From: Octopus sinensis
Lineage: Eukaryota
DNA: 64,000 nt
Assembly (NCBI RefSeq): GCF_006345805.1
Contig: NC_043000.1
Span: forward strand, 40,486,001-40,550,000
Direction: 5' to 3'
Position 1 is the first letter of the stretch, and the number at the start of each line of letters is the position of its first letter. The position numbers were made by a program, and so were the translations under genes. Positions 26,304-38,050 of the stretch are shown one piece after another. The notes below the pieces were generated by a model, which did not search any database, was not told where the DNA came from, and saw nothing but the letters and a program-made list of their open reading frames with translations.

Positions 26304-26381
26304 CTCCGCCTTAGCGAAGGCAAAGGTATTGTTTTCAGTCGTGTTTGTTTGTTTGTTTGTTTGCCCGTGGACAAGATATCT
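26301..26381 (+). mobile_element. Helentron/DINE-like non-autonomous element 5' fragment
   Basis: TACCTCCGCC...GGTATTGTTTTC followed by (GTTT)n, the layout typical of DINE/HINE 5' ends (recalled). Confidence 0.5.
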
Positions 26382-26389
26382 CTTATTAT

Positions 26390-26685
26390 TATTTTCTCTC
26401 TATCACAGGATGTGTTGGAGCTCCTGGAGTCTTGCATGCGTAGTGGGCTTACTACCTGCAGCCTACGGTACTGTTATTCGTTCTTTTCAGCTATTATTTT
26501 CCTGATTATTCTGGCAGTGCCAAGGAGGCAAACCTTTTGTAACAGTTCTACTGGGAACTCTATTCCAATTTCCTTTATATTCCTCTTGATGCCTTCTGAT
26601 ACTGTTTCCAAGGACCTAACAATAATTGGCACTATCTTCACCTTCTTTATTTTCCATAGCTGGGCTATTTCGTACTTAAGAGGGT

Positions 26686-26761
<76 letters not shown>

Positions 26762-27960
26762 ATCGCCTTCTTTCTTGACTATTCGTGGGTCAAAGGGGCA
26801 TGCAGCATCAACTATTTAGCATATGTAGTGCACTTTGTCCACCACCACTAGATCCGGTGGAGGCACATGGCCTAGTGGTTAGAGCAGCGAACTCGCGGTC
26901 GAGGGATCGCGGGTTCGAATCTCAGACCGGGCGATGTGTGTGTTTATGAGCAAAACACTTAAGCTCTACGCTGCTCCGGCAGAAGGTAATGGCGAACTTC
27001 TGCTGACTCTTTCGCCACAAATTTCTCTCACTCTTTCCTCCTGCATCTTGCAGCTCACCTGCGACGAACCGGCGTCCCGTCCAGGTGGGGAACCTATACG
27101 CCAATGAAACCGGGAAACCGGCCCTTATGAGCCAGGTGTAGCTCGAGGAGGAACAAACAGAGCCTGATCTGTTTAGATTAGGGAATCACAGAGGATTCTG
27201 CTTGACTCCGATTCCGCTACTCTTTGCGGTTTGTGCTCATACCACGTCTTGCCTCTCTCTAGCCCCTACTTTTCGCACAGTTTCCATTGTACCACTTTCG
27301 CTACCTGATAGTGTCTCCACAACTTGTAGTAGTTTTCGGCAAATCTAGGGCATTCGTTCGTGATATGGGCAATGGTTTCATCCACTCTATTGCACAGTGG
27401 AGACACTTGCTCATTCCTAAGGTTCACCCTCCAGTTCATGGTCAGAGCTTGGTCCTGTGCTGCCAGTATAGTGCTTACGGTTTCTTTTTTTAGGGTTCCT
27501 TTCATCAACCAATCTTACCTATTTTTTCAGCAACTTCTAATGTGGCTATATGGAATTGATTGTGTAGTCCCTTCTTACGTAATTCTTCTTCAAGTCCTTT
27601 GTGTACTTCTTCCTTTGTTTTCCCTTTTCTCTCTGCTCTCAATACTCCCTCGTTCAGACCGTAAGTCGCGAAGGGTTTTGTTCGGTGTGCTAACGATTCT
27701 GCTAGTCACTAGCTGTCACTTGCAAAGTTTCCTTACATTGGTCTAGGTGTCTCATTAAGCTCTCGAGTTCGATACGCACGCAGTCTTCCACACTTATCAG
27801 TCCTCTCCTTTCATGTATAGGCGATCAGTGTCTGCACGTGGATGATGGGCTTCATGCATCGTCAGGAGCTTTCTTAACTTCCTGACTATCTCCTTTAGCT
27901 TCTCTGTCCACTTCAGGATTCCAGCGCCATACCGAACTACTGCGACTGCGCGCGAGTTTG
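26390..27960 (-). mobile_element. R4/Dong-like LINE 3' relic interrupted by (TATC)n, a SINE and an inverted SINE-head fragment
   Basis: HHPRADTDRLYM; LKKETVSTILAAQDQAL...ETIAHITNECP; ELLQKVCLLGTARIIRKII; (TAA/TCA)n flank 27960-28030. Confidence 0.85.
26856..27160 (+). mobile_element. tRNA(Arg-like)-derived SINE, family C, tail type 1 (OR1/OR2-like)
   Basis: TGGCCTAGTGGTTAG A-box, GGTTCGAATCTC B-box, CORE-like GAGCAAAACACTTAAGCTC, V-domain-like GGCGTCCCGTCCAGG, AAC-type tail. Confidence 0.85.
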
Positions 27961-28033
27961 TTATTATCATCATCATCATCATCATCATCATCATTATTAT
28001 TATTATTATTATCATTATTATTATTATTATTAA

Positions 28034-28215
28034 GACAGCGAGCGAGCAGAATCGTTAGCACACCGAACAAAACCCTTCGCGACTTACGGTCTGTTTTTAA
28101 GTTCCGGATTCAACCATTCAGAGTCGATAAAATAAGTACCAGTTGAGCGCTAGAGCCGATGAGATCGACTTATCCTTTCCTCCAAAATTACTGGCCTGCA
28201 CCAAAATTTGAAACC
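28034..28215 (+). mobile_element. SINE family B variant
   Basis: GCAGAATCGTTAGCA head; GTCGATAAAATAAGTACCAGTT; CCAAAATTTGAAA tail. Confidence 0.7.
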
Positions 28216-28758
28216 ATTATTATCGTAATTATTATCAAGTGATAATAATGGTTCATCATGTTTATATTATATTTCGTCTCTATAATCTATTTACTTTTTA
28301 TATTCGTGTTCTTGCCTATTTATATATTCCTTTCCCAAATTTTCATTAATGCAATCATATAAATGCATCAATATTTGTTCGTTTGTTTATATATGTTACA
28401 AACAAAGCAATAGAAAATACACATATTGACTCTTAATGGATATCGTTACGTCATTAGACTATTATTAATATTTTGTCTAATCTCTTAAACACACACAACA
28501 CACGTCATGATGTCCCACATTCTTCATTGCAAATTCTGAATATGAAGATTTCAAAAATATCTGATCAGTCACTAAATGTATTATATTGTGTCTAAAAACG
28601 AGTTGCGTTAAAGGGAATAATCTAATCTCATAGTTAACATCATACACACACACTCTCTCTCCTCCCCTCTCTCTTTCTGTCTCTTACAGACACTCATATT
28701 ACCTCTTTCTCTCTCTGTCACACAAACGCGCGCGCACACAATTTACTTAGATAGATAA

Positions 28759-28792
<34 letters not shown>

Positions 28793-29619
28793 GAAGTTGG
28801 TAGGTAGGCAGGTAGGTTGGTAGGTAGGTAGGTAGGTAGGTAGGTTGGTAGGTAGGTAGCTAGGTAGGTTTGTAGGTAGGTAGGTAGATAGGTAGGTAGG
28901 TAGGTAGGTAGGTAGGTGGTAGGTAGGTAGGTAGTAGGTAGGTAGGTAGGTAGGTAGGTAGGTAGGCAGGTAGGCAGGCGTATACACAGAAAATTCATCG
29001 TAAAATGATATATTTCCCATCTCGAAGATTCTGTATTTTTATGTGTGTCTATACGTATATGCATTTATGTATGTGTGCGCGTGTGTGTGTGTGTGCATAT
29101 ATATACATATATTATCTATATAAATGTATATAAATGTAGGTATGTATATATAAGCATACAGACACAGGCGAATACATAAACGCTCATTTGCATACTATAT
29201 GTCTGTATCTCTATAGATTTCTCTCTCTCTCTCTCTATCTCTCTATCTATCTCTCTTTGTTTATCACTGTGTGTGTGTGTGTAATATTTGTAAACAAACC
29301 AGAAAGGCTTTGTGAGTTACGGTCATTTGTTTGTATTTAAAAATTGTGATTTCAAATCGGAAAATGTATGTATATACATATATATATATATATGCCACAA
29401 AATCTCATCAATACAAGACGCCAATGTCTAAGCGTTATCTAAGATTATTAAGAAAAACAATCAATATCATTGTAAGTAATCTCAAAAAATCATGAAACCA
29501 CAAAAAAATGTAACATATATGCATACCCATTATCAGCTGATAAAACAGATTTCATTATGCTTTCGACACCCGGACAGCACCATCAATCCGGCAGTATATA
29601 TGTAGCATACCTTTAATGC

Positions 29620-29737
29620 AAGTCTGATGAAGTGCCTCTCCACTGTCTAAAACCATAAATATTACGTGATTTTTCTTTTAGAATTTTCGCGTAAATTGAC
29701 ATTGCAAATGCGGAAGGTACGGAAACATTAGTAACTT
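29620..29737 (+). ncRNA. Type I hammerhead ribozyme motif with 77-nt insert in stem II
   Basis: AAGU-CUGAUGA-A-GUGCCU..77 nt..AGGUAC-G-GAAAC-AUUA-GUA-ACUU; stems I, II and III all pair. Confidence 0.7.
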
Positions 29738-29840
29738 ATAATTAAAGGTGTGTTAAAGAATTTTCTTTATCGTCTTTTCATTGGTATATGTATATATATA
29801 TATATATATATATAATTATATATATATATATATATATAAA

Positions 29841-30046
29841 GTTAATCCAAACAAGAAAGCACAAAAAAAACACAACAACGCGAGGACGTGGAACAAATAT
29901 AGTATTATTGGACGCTCAGGAAAGAAGGAAAGAAGGAGGGCTTAACGTTTCGATCGGAGCTCTTCGTCGGAAACATAAGAGAAGGAAAGATCCAGAGAAG
30001 GGAAGACAGAGGAAAAAAATCGCCAATGGTACACACGAGGTCACAC
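29841..30046 (-). mobile_element. ~205-bp minimal-HHR element (copy 2)
   Basis: Homologous to 16173-16378; HHR at 29940-29974; abuts (TA)n. Confidence 0.85.
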
Positions 30047-30108
30047 ATAGGTTTGGTAGAACAAGCAGGAAAGTTAGAAGTCTCTACATAACTATATAGT
30101 ATATATAC

Positions 30109-30337
30109 GGCGGCGAGCTGGCAGAAACGTTAGCATGCCGGGTGAAATGCCTAGCGGTATTTCGTCTGCCGTTACGTTCTGAGTTCAAATTCCGCCGATG
30201 TCGACTTTGCATTTCATCCTTTCGTGGTCGATAAATTAAGTACCAGTTACGCACTGGGGTCGATGCAATCGACTTAATCCGTTTGTCCATCCTTGTTTGT
30301 CCCCTCTGTGTTTAGCCCCTTGTGGTTAGTAAAGAAA
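30109..30337 (+). mobile_element. SINE family B, full length
   Basis: GGCGGCGAGCTGGCAGAAACGTTAGC...GAGTTCAAATTCCGCCG...TAGTAAAGAAATA. Confidence 0.9.
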
Positions 30338-31043
30338 TATATATAGTATATATACATTTTTATTATTTTCAATCGACAAATAGTTATAAAAGTGCCTGAA
30401 AGGTCCTGAGTTTTGTCCACGGCACTTTAATCAGAAGTATTGTTAGTCAGATTATGACACGATACTAATCAACAATTACAAAAGAAAATATAGGGCCAAC
30501 GAACCAACTTATATATGGTCTCTGAATCTGCTTAGAATTGCAATTAACTTTAACCCAAAAGCCAAAACACTTGAAAAAAAAGAAAGAAAACAATAGTAAA
30601 ACAGACAGGCTAATATAGTCCAAGATATTTAACACTTAAAAATTAGAAAAATAAAAGATTGGATGAAACCTAGGCATATGTCCGAGTAGACTTGCCTGAG
30701 GTTACACAGCAGGATATAGATTTGCTGCAGAGCAACCAATTTTCAATTGAAACAATGCATTCTTTAATTATGTAGCTATTCCATTATTTCTGTCATGGTT
30801 GCAGCCAACCCCTCTATTACTATTTTATGGTCTCTCTATCTGTCTATGCATATGCACACATATATATACATATACGTATATGTGTGTATATATATATATA
30901 GTATATATATATATATATATAATATATATATATGCGTGTATGTATGTATATATGTATATTTATATATTTATAAACACACGCATATATATATATGTATGTA
31001 TGCATGTATGTAATGTATGTATATATATGTGTGTGTATGTATG

Positions 31044-31078
<35 letters not shown>

Positions 31079-32213
31079 ATATATATAGTATATATATAAA
31101 GAGAGAGACAGAGAGATAAAGAGTAAAAAGAGCATATGCAAACATTTATGTGTGTGTGTGTGTGTGTGTGTGTTAGTGTGTGTGTGTGTGTTAGTGTGTG
31201 TGTGTGTGTTTGTGCGCACGCATATACACATATACGCATTCTCATATATTTATTTACATAGTCTTATCTTCACATATACATTAATACAATTAGACTTTGT
31301 AAAGCCATATTGAAAACTCAATCTCGTCTCTACTGTGTCGTCTGCCGAACATGACTGGCTAGCGGTAATTTGGTACCGACATTGTGATACTAATAGATAA
31401 AAAAAGAACTGCAAATATTTAGAGTGAGAGGCGAGTGGGAGTGGGAGTGGGAGTAAGAGGGACAGAGGAGCGGGAGTGAGAGAGAAATAGAATATCGTAT
31501 GTGTGCGTATGTATGTAAGGTTACATATTTGTATGTGTATGCGTAGGAGAAAAAGAAGAAGGAGGAAGGGGAGAAAGAAATGGAGGGAGATGAGATGAGA
31601 GAACGAAAGAGGATGAAAAGAGGAAATCAAGAAAAGAAAGAAAGAAGGAAAGCATAAAAGAAAGGATAAATGAATATTTGAACGACAGACGTAGAAATCA
31701 GAAAAACAGAAACATTGCCAGAAGGAAAGAGAACAAGAAAGAATATATTAATTAGATCGAATCTCGTCTCAGTACTTTCGATATCTTACTCGTTGTTTTT
31801 TTAGCCCTAGGTTACACTTATCGAGTAGACATATAATCAAAAACATTCCAATTCTGACCACCACATTTTGAAAGCTATATTTAGGAGTAATAAATTTTTT
31901 TATTTAAGCCACGTAGGATTTCCTTTGGCAGACATTTTTCTGCTATTTTTAACACACTGAGCGACCGTCATCTAGGCGTTCGTTCGAACTTGCTTTATAG
32001 TTTTTCAGTATAAAACCGTTTGAGGCAATGTGAGGTAATTACAAGTACAGATATTCCGAATGACTTCTAAATAGTTTCATTTTGCCCAGTTTCACTCAGG
32101 TCAGCCTGATTCTGTTGTAAACAATTGCCCACGAAGCCATGAATTGGGATAGAACCCGGGATTGCATGCATGCTTTGTATGTGTATGTGGATTTATCCAT
32201 GTATGTATATATA

Positions 32214-33194
32214 GAAGGTGTGACACGATTTGAGAACATATTTGAAAACTTTAATAAAACAACACTAGTGTATTTTCCAAAGGCAGTAGTGCATGGGATT
32301 TAAATCCCGAGTTTGGAGGCCACAATTTCAGTACTACATGATTGTCAAGATTGTCTGACATCCATTCTTGGGTACCGTCTTGTTGAAACACGTATGGCCT
32401 TCCACTACGTACTTCATCCATTCAGGGCTTAACAACTCCCTCCAGCACCGAAACGTATCCAGTAGTATTAATTCTAAGACCCTGTTGAAATATTCGAGAT
32501 AGCATGATATGATCTTCGTTAATCACCGTTGCTGGAAACTTAATATGCACCACTCTGAGGGCAACAGAAGGACCCACACATAACCGTATGTCATTTCACC
32601 AGTTAGACTTTTTGTCTTAGTCGATTTTTTTTTTTTCAGAAAAGAACCAAAGCATGCCGTGTTAGTGAGCGATGTCACCTTGTTTGGTAACTGCTTGTCA
32701 CGAATCAAATGGCTTTCTTGTGTCTTCGCACACATGAATTGGCCTCTTCTCAGTACACACGATTTGTGTCTAATGTCCTCATGCACCACAGTTCTGATAC
32801 TCTAGTCCGACACCTGAAAGTTCTTTGGCGACAACCTTCATTGATGATGTGGGACCATCATCGCTAATGTTTTGATACCGCTGGGTAAATTGTTGTTTCC
32901 TTACAGTATCCGAACGTTTAGAATGTCTTTTTGTCTTTGATATGTTAAAGTATTGCCGCCAGATGTTTCCAATCTGATCTTTGTGAACAAAAGATCTTGA
33001 ATCATTTAGAAAATTGGCAATTTGTAAATCGCTGTTTTCCTCAAACGTTGCGACTATGGTTGCATGTCTTCTCATTTCTTGTGTTTGCATCTTATCTGTT
33101 TGGAGGGATCTGAAAGAAACAAAATCCGTTTTAATTGGTTTGAACAGAGCGACATACTGATAATTAAGTGTCCTCAAATACCCCTCGCACTCTG
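32214..33194 (-). mobile_element. maT/DD37D-like Tc1/mariner relic with both TIRs, internally deleted
   Basis: Right end reads TA|CAGAGTGCGAGGGGTATTTGAG on minus; left end degenerate ..GGTGTGACACGATTTGAGAACA; ORFs 32779..33177 and 32523..32789 match the 17987 copy. Confidence 0.7.
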
Positions 33195-33334
33195 TATTCG
33201 TATATATATGTACGTGTATGTATGAATGCTTATATATATATTATATGTATGTATGATGTATGTATATGTATGATGTATGTATGTATGTATGTATGTATGT
33301 ATGTATGTATGTATCTATTTATGATACGTATGTA

Positions 33335-33409
<75 letters not shown>

Positions 33410-33410
<1 letters not shown>

Positions 33411-33616
33411 TTAATCCAAACAAGAAAGCACAAAAAACACAACAACGCGAGGACGTGGAACAAATATAGTATTATTGGACACTCAGGAAAGAAGGAAGAA
33501 GAAGGAGGGTTTAACGTTTCGAGCGGAGCTCTTCGTCGGAAACATAGGAGAAGGAAAGATCCAGAGAAGGGAAGACAGAGGGAAAAAAATCGCCAAAAAA
33601 AAACACGCGGTCACAT
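33410..33616 (-). mobile_element. ~205-bp minimal-HHR element (copy 3)
   Basis: HHR 33509-33543: GUUU-CCGACGA-A-GAGC-UCC-GCUC-GAAAC-GUU-AAAC; abuts (TA)n. Confidence 0.85.
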
Positions 33617-33670
33617 TTTGAATGTCACATCTTGAATATATATATTTCTGTATATATATATATATATATA

Positions 33671-33878
33671 TAGTAATATAATAAATAAATAAAATATATG
33701 CATATATACATACATATATGTACATACTTATATCTACGTGTATATATACATGCATACATATATATATATATGAGTACTCATATATATATATGTATGCATG
33801 TATATATACACGTAGATGTAAGTATGTACATATATGTATGTATATATACATATATTTTATTTATTTATTATATTACTA
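33671..33878. repeat. ~208-bp palindrome made from the terminus of the 35725/49470 repeat family
   Basis: Centre TGAGT|ACTCA at 33775/33776; arm AATAAATAAAA.ATATGCATATATACATACATATATGTAC also at 35725-35810 and 49480-49580. Confidence 0.85.
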
Positions 33879-33920
33879 TATGACCGAACGCACGCGTAAT
33901 TTCTCTATTTCTCTTCTCCA

Positions 33921-33966
<46 letters not shown>

Positions 33967-34059
33967 CATTTATATAGATTGTTATAAACATACATACTTA
34001 TAGATATACATGCATAAATCCTTGTTAATATTTGAAATAAAAATCAATAAAAGCCATGT

Positions 34060-34637
34060 GATATGTTGTGTTGTTGTTGTTGTTGTTGGTGGTGGTGGTT
34101 GGTGGTAGTGGTGGTAGTGGTGGTGGTGGTGATGGTGGTGGTGGTGGTGGTACTGCTGCTGCTGCTGGTAGGGATTGGTGGTGCTGCTACTATTGGAGCT
34201 GTTGCTGTTGCTGTTGATGGTGATGATAATTATGATCATGATGACTGTATTGTCAACTGGAAACTTCTGTGCAGCAAAGATATGGATTAAGATTGAGGAA
34301 AATGTATTCCAGTAACGTTCTTGACACAAGATAAATGTTGAAAAGTATAATGGCGGCCGTGACGTATTGCCTTGGAGTTAAAACATCGGTTGAAGGCATA
34401 ATGATTGCAATGCGACAGAGAGAACGACAACAACAGGGCCCAGCGGGTTCAGCGGTGCCGGTGATGAGGAGACGGGAATTGGGGAGGAGACAACGATAAC
34501 CTGTTGCCTTTAAGGAGAAACGATGTCAGCTGGCGTTGACGCAGCATTTTTCCATGCAGACGTTCAAACCTCCCCTGGTGATTCTATCGTCACTACCACC
34601 ACAACAACTACCGCTAACTACTACTACTACCGCTAAA

Positions 34638-34682
<45 letters not shown>

Positions 34683-34727
34683 TACTACTACTACTACTAC
34701 TACTACTGCTACGACTGCTGCTGCTGT

Positions 34728-34765
<38 letters not shown>

Positions 34766-35175
34766 ATACTACTTCTACTGCTGCTGCTGCTACTACTACT
34801 ACTACTATCGCCACCACCACTGCCATCACCACGAGAGACAGCATTACAACCACTACCATCACTATCACAACTGCTGCTGCCACCACTAACACTACCACCA
34901 CATCATCACCCCCACCACCACCGTCACCACTAATACCACCGCCAACATCACCACCACCACTACCACCACAACCACAACCACAACCACCACCACCACCCGC
35001 TATTTCTCTAATACTATTACAACCACCACCTCTGCTATCATGAACTGTTCTCACCTCACACATCTCTAGTTAACAGCCACCATTTGTATCTGAAAATGCT
35101 GCTGTTGATGTTGTTGCCACTGTAACAGTTGATGCCTATGTTGCTAACGTTGTTGTTGTTATTATTATTATTGTT
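34060..35175. repeat. Cryptic trinucleotide repeat region (GTT/GGT/CTA/CCA) surrounding a unique island
   Basis: Direct observation. Confidence 0.9.
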
Positions 35176-35719
35176 ATTTCTGCCGGGATGCTTAATAATA
35201 AATCTGTTGTTTGTTTTATATGATTTGACTTTTGGCTTTGATTCTTCACAGCTATGCCCACCTTGACGTCGTGTCCCTCATAACTTCCTCCCCTTTCTTC
35301 TCCTCCTCCTCCTCCTCCTCTCCTTCCCCTCCTCCTCCCCTCTTCCTCCTCCTACTACAACAACTACTCCATCTCCTCCACCTGCTCCTCTCACTGAAAC
35401 GTTTGAAAAATCACTGTGGAGATGAAGTCAACGTCTGACATGTGATCTGGAGGGGTGAGAGAGAGGGAAAGAGAGGGCCTTAGCACGCGCATATGTAAGT
35501 GTGAGTGTGTGTATGAGTGTGCGCGTCTGCGTGCATGCCCTTGTGAGTGTATGTATGTAGAAGTGGTAATAGTTGTCAAACCACAAAGTGAAAGAACTCA
35601 ATGTGTGCGCAACAATTGTGTGTGTATGTGTGTGTACGTCACTACATGTGTGTGTGTGCGTATATTTGTATACACACATATACAGTATACTTATATACAT
35701 ATTATATATATATATATAA

Positions 35720-35995
35720 TAAATTAATAAATAAATAAAACATATGCATATATACATACATATATGTACGTACCTACCTTTACATGTATATATACATGCA
35801 TATATGAGTACAGGACACCAAAAAAACGAGAAACGAAAAACGTCGAACACAATGAGAAACGAAAACATAAACACAAAACCAAGGAAATGGACATTTTTCT
35901 TAAACAAAGGAAAAATAGAGTACAGGACATACAATACAAAGAAAATTCCCCTTCTTCAGTCGCCTTTGTTTCATCTACTCCACATTTCGAAGTGT
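35720..35995 (-). repeat. PLE-terminus-like repeat, family shared with 49470-49750
   Basis: GAGTACAGGACACCA...GAAACGAAAACATAAA...TTCCCCTTC.TCAG shared; abuts (TA)n. Confidence 0.75.
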
Positions 35996-36289
35996 GTATA
36001 TCACTGCATGTGTGTGCGTGCGTGTACTTTTGTATAGCCACGCATATACAGTATATATATACCCCCTCTTCTCCTCTCTCTACACTACACCATACGACTT
36101 TACACATCACATCATATATACATACACACGTCTAGACCTCTCATACGCACTAATACTCTCTCACACACACACACACACACTCTTCTCATACACACACACA
36201 CTCTTATGTTTGAGCGGGGTCATTCAACCCTATTATCTTCCCTAATTTCGCTCTTGCGTCTCATGTTTGATCTTTGACTTCTGGCTGAA

Positions 36290-36540
36290 ATCAGATCGCC
36301 ATGTTGTTTCGCTAGCTTCTGCACGCATATTTTTTTTTCTCCTTCTTTCTGTGTTTATTTTCTCTGTGTATATTTCTGTTGAAGAGCGTAGGCTCGAAAC
36401 GTTAAAGACTTGTTTCATTTATATTTCCTGAGCGCCATACTAATACAATTGTTTGTTTGTATTCCACCTGCCTTCGTCTTTTGTTTATTTCCGTAAACCT
36501 GCCTGCGTCTTTTGTCTTTTTCATAAAGCTTCCCGTTATA
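36290..36540 (+). mobile_element. Solo pLTR-like fragment of the 12465 Penelope family, with minimal HHR at 36373-36406
   Basis: UUU-CUGUUGA-A-GAGC-GUAG-GCUC-GAAAC-GUU-AAA; same stem II as 12554-12586; ends in (TA)n. Confidence 0.75.
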
Positions 36541-36554
36541 TATATATATTATAT

Positions 36555-36591
<37 letters not shown>

Positions 36592-36860
36592 TACTGATGT
36601 ATTTGTGTTAAGAAGCAGAGTTAAAGCTAAAGACTCAATATATAGAGTGGAAATACTTATGTACACTATTTACATTAGTTAGACTAGTGTCCTCATCTTG
36701 ATTGTTACTTTCACTACGTTTCTGCCGTTGTTAGCTCCAGCCATCTTCAGGTGTTTTGCGTCGAACTCGGTTCCAGCTAATGTAATTAGTGTACATAATA
36801 TAGATTCCCCATCTCAGAATATAGAATTGTGGAAATACTTCTTTAACATCATATGTGTGT

Positions 36861-36895
<35 letters not shown>

Positions 36896-37129
36896 TGTGT
36901 GTGTGTGTGTGTGTACGTGTGCGTGCGTGTGCGTGCATGCACGCGTGTGTGTGTATACAGATATATACATATATGCATATATTCATATATACATTATATA
37001 TACATATATGCATTATATATACATATAATGGCGGTGCCCCAGCATGGCCACAGCTCGTAAGCTGAAACTAGATAAATAAGATAAAATAAATATACCGATA
37101 GATAGATAGATAGATAGATAGATACGGAT

Positions 37130-37177
<48 letters not shown>

Positions 37178-37181
37178 ATAT

Positions 37182-37338
37182 AGGAGTGGCTCTGCAGTAA
37201 GTAACTCACTTACAACCACATGGTTCCGGGTTCACTTCCACTGCGTGGCACCTTGAGTAAGTGTCTTCTACTATAGCGCTGAGCTGACCAAAGCTTTGCG
37301 AGTGGATTTGGTAGACGAAACTGAAAGAAACCCATCGT
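37182..37338 (+). mobile_element. SINE family A, 5' half
   Basis: AGGAGTGGCT...CACATGGTTCCGGGTTCA...GCACCTTGAGTAAGTGTCTTCTACTATAG. Confidence 0.85.
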
Positions 37339-37369
37339 ATATATGTATATATATATTTATATATGTAAG

Positions 37370-37400
<31 letters not shown>

Positions 37401-37857
37401 TGTGTGGTGATAAAACAACTGTGAAATGAAAATAGTAAAAAAAGTATTTTGGTTTACAGAGGTATGTTTTGTCATCATATATGTATTTATAATTTTTTCC
37501 GCGGAAAAAAAGTATAAATACATCTGATCACAAACCATACCACTACAAGCGAAAGCGTCCCCTAGAATAGGATCAGAGAATCTGTAAGCCAAATTCATCC
37601 TTGTTTTTTTCAGTATGACTTGTCGACCATCACTAAAATAATGAACTTTGTACATTCTAACAAAGTGATATATAGTTTTAATATTATTGACTGCTATGAA
37701 CATTCAAACTTACACGTGTCATAATTCACATTGCTAAATTTGTTTTGAACATGTTAATTTATCAACATTGAAACATTTTAATTTGTCACCATTGAAACTT
37801 TTGAAGATGTTTTTCTAATTCATAATTTAAAACTTTTACCATTGATAAACAAAGATG

Positions 37858-37922
<65 letters not shown>

Positions 37923-37928
<6 letters not shown>

Positions 37929-38050
37929 CCGCGTACGTATCGTTGGCGATTTTTTTCTTCGGTCTTCCCTTCCTTGGATCTTTCCTTTTGCTATGTTTCT
38001 GACGAAGAGCTCCGCTCGAAACGTTAAATCCTCCTTCTTTCTTTCCTTTC
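37923..38050 (+). mobile_element. Partial copy 4 of the minimal-HHR element, with canonical HHR core at 37995-38029
   Basis: GUUU-CUGACGA-A-GAGC-UCC-GCUC-GAAAC-GUU-AAAU. Confidence 0.8.

Noticed and set aside
26856-26935. tRNA-like sequence (also 46474-46550)
   Set aside because: No acceptor stem, and it continues into a SINE body; a SINE head rather than a tRNA gene
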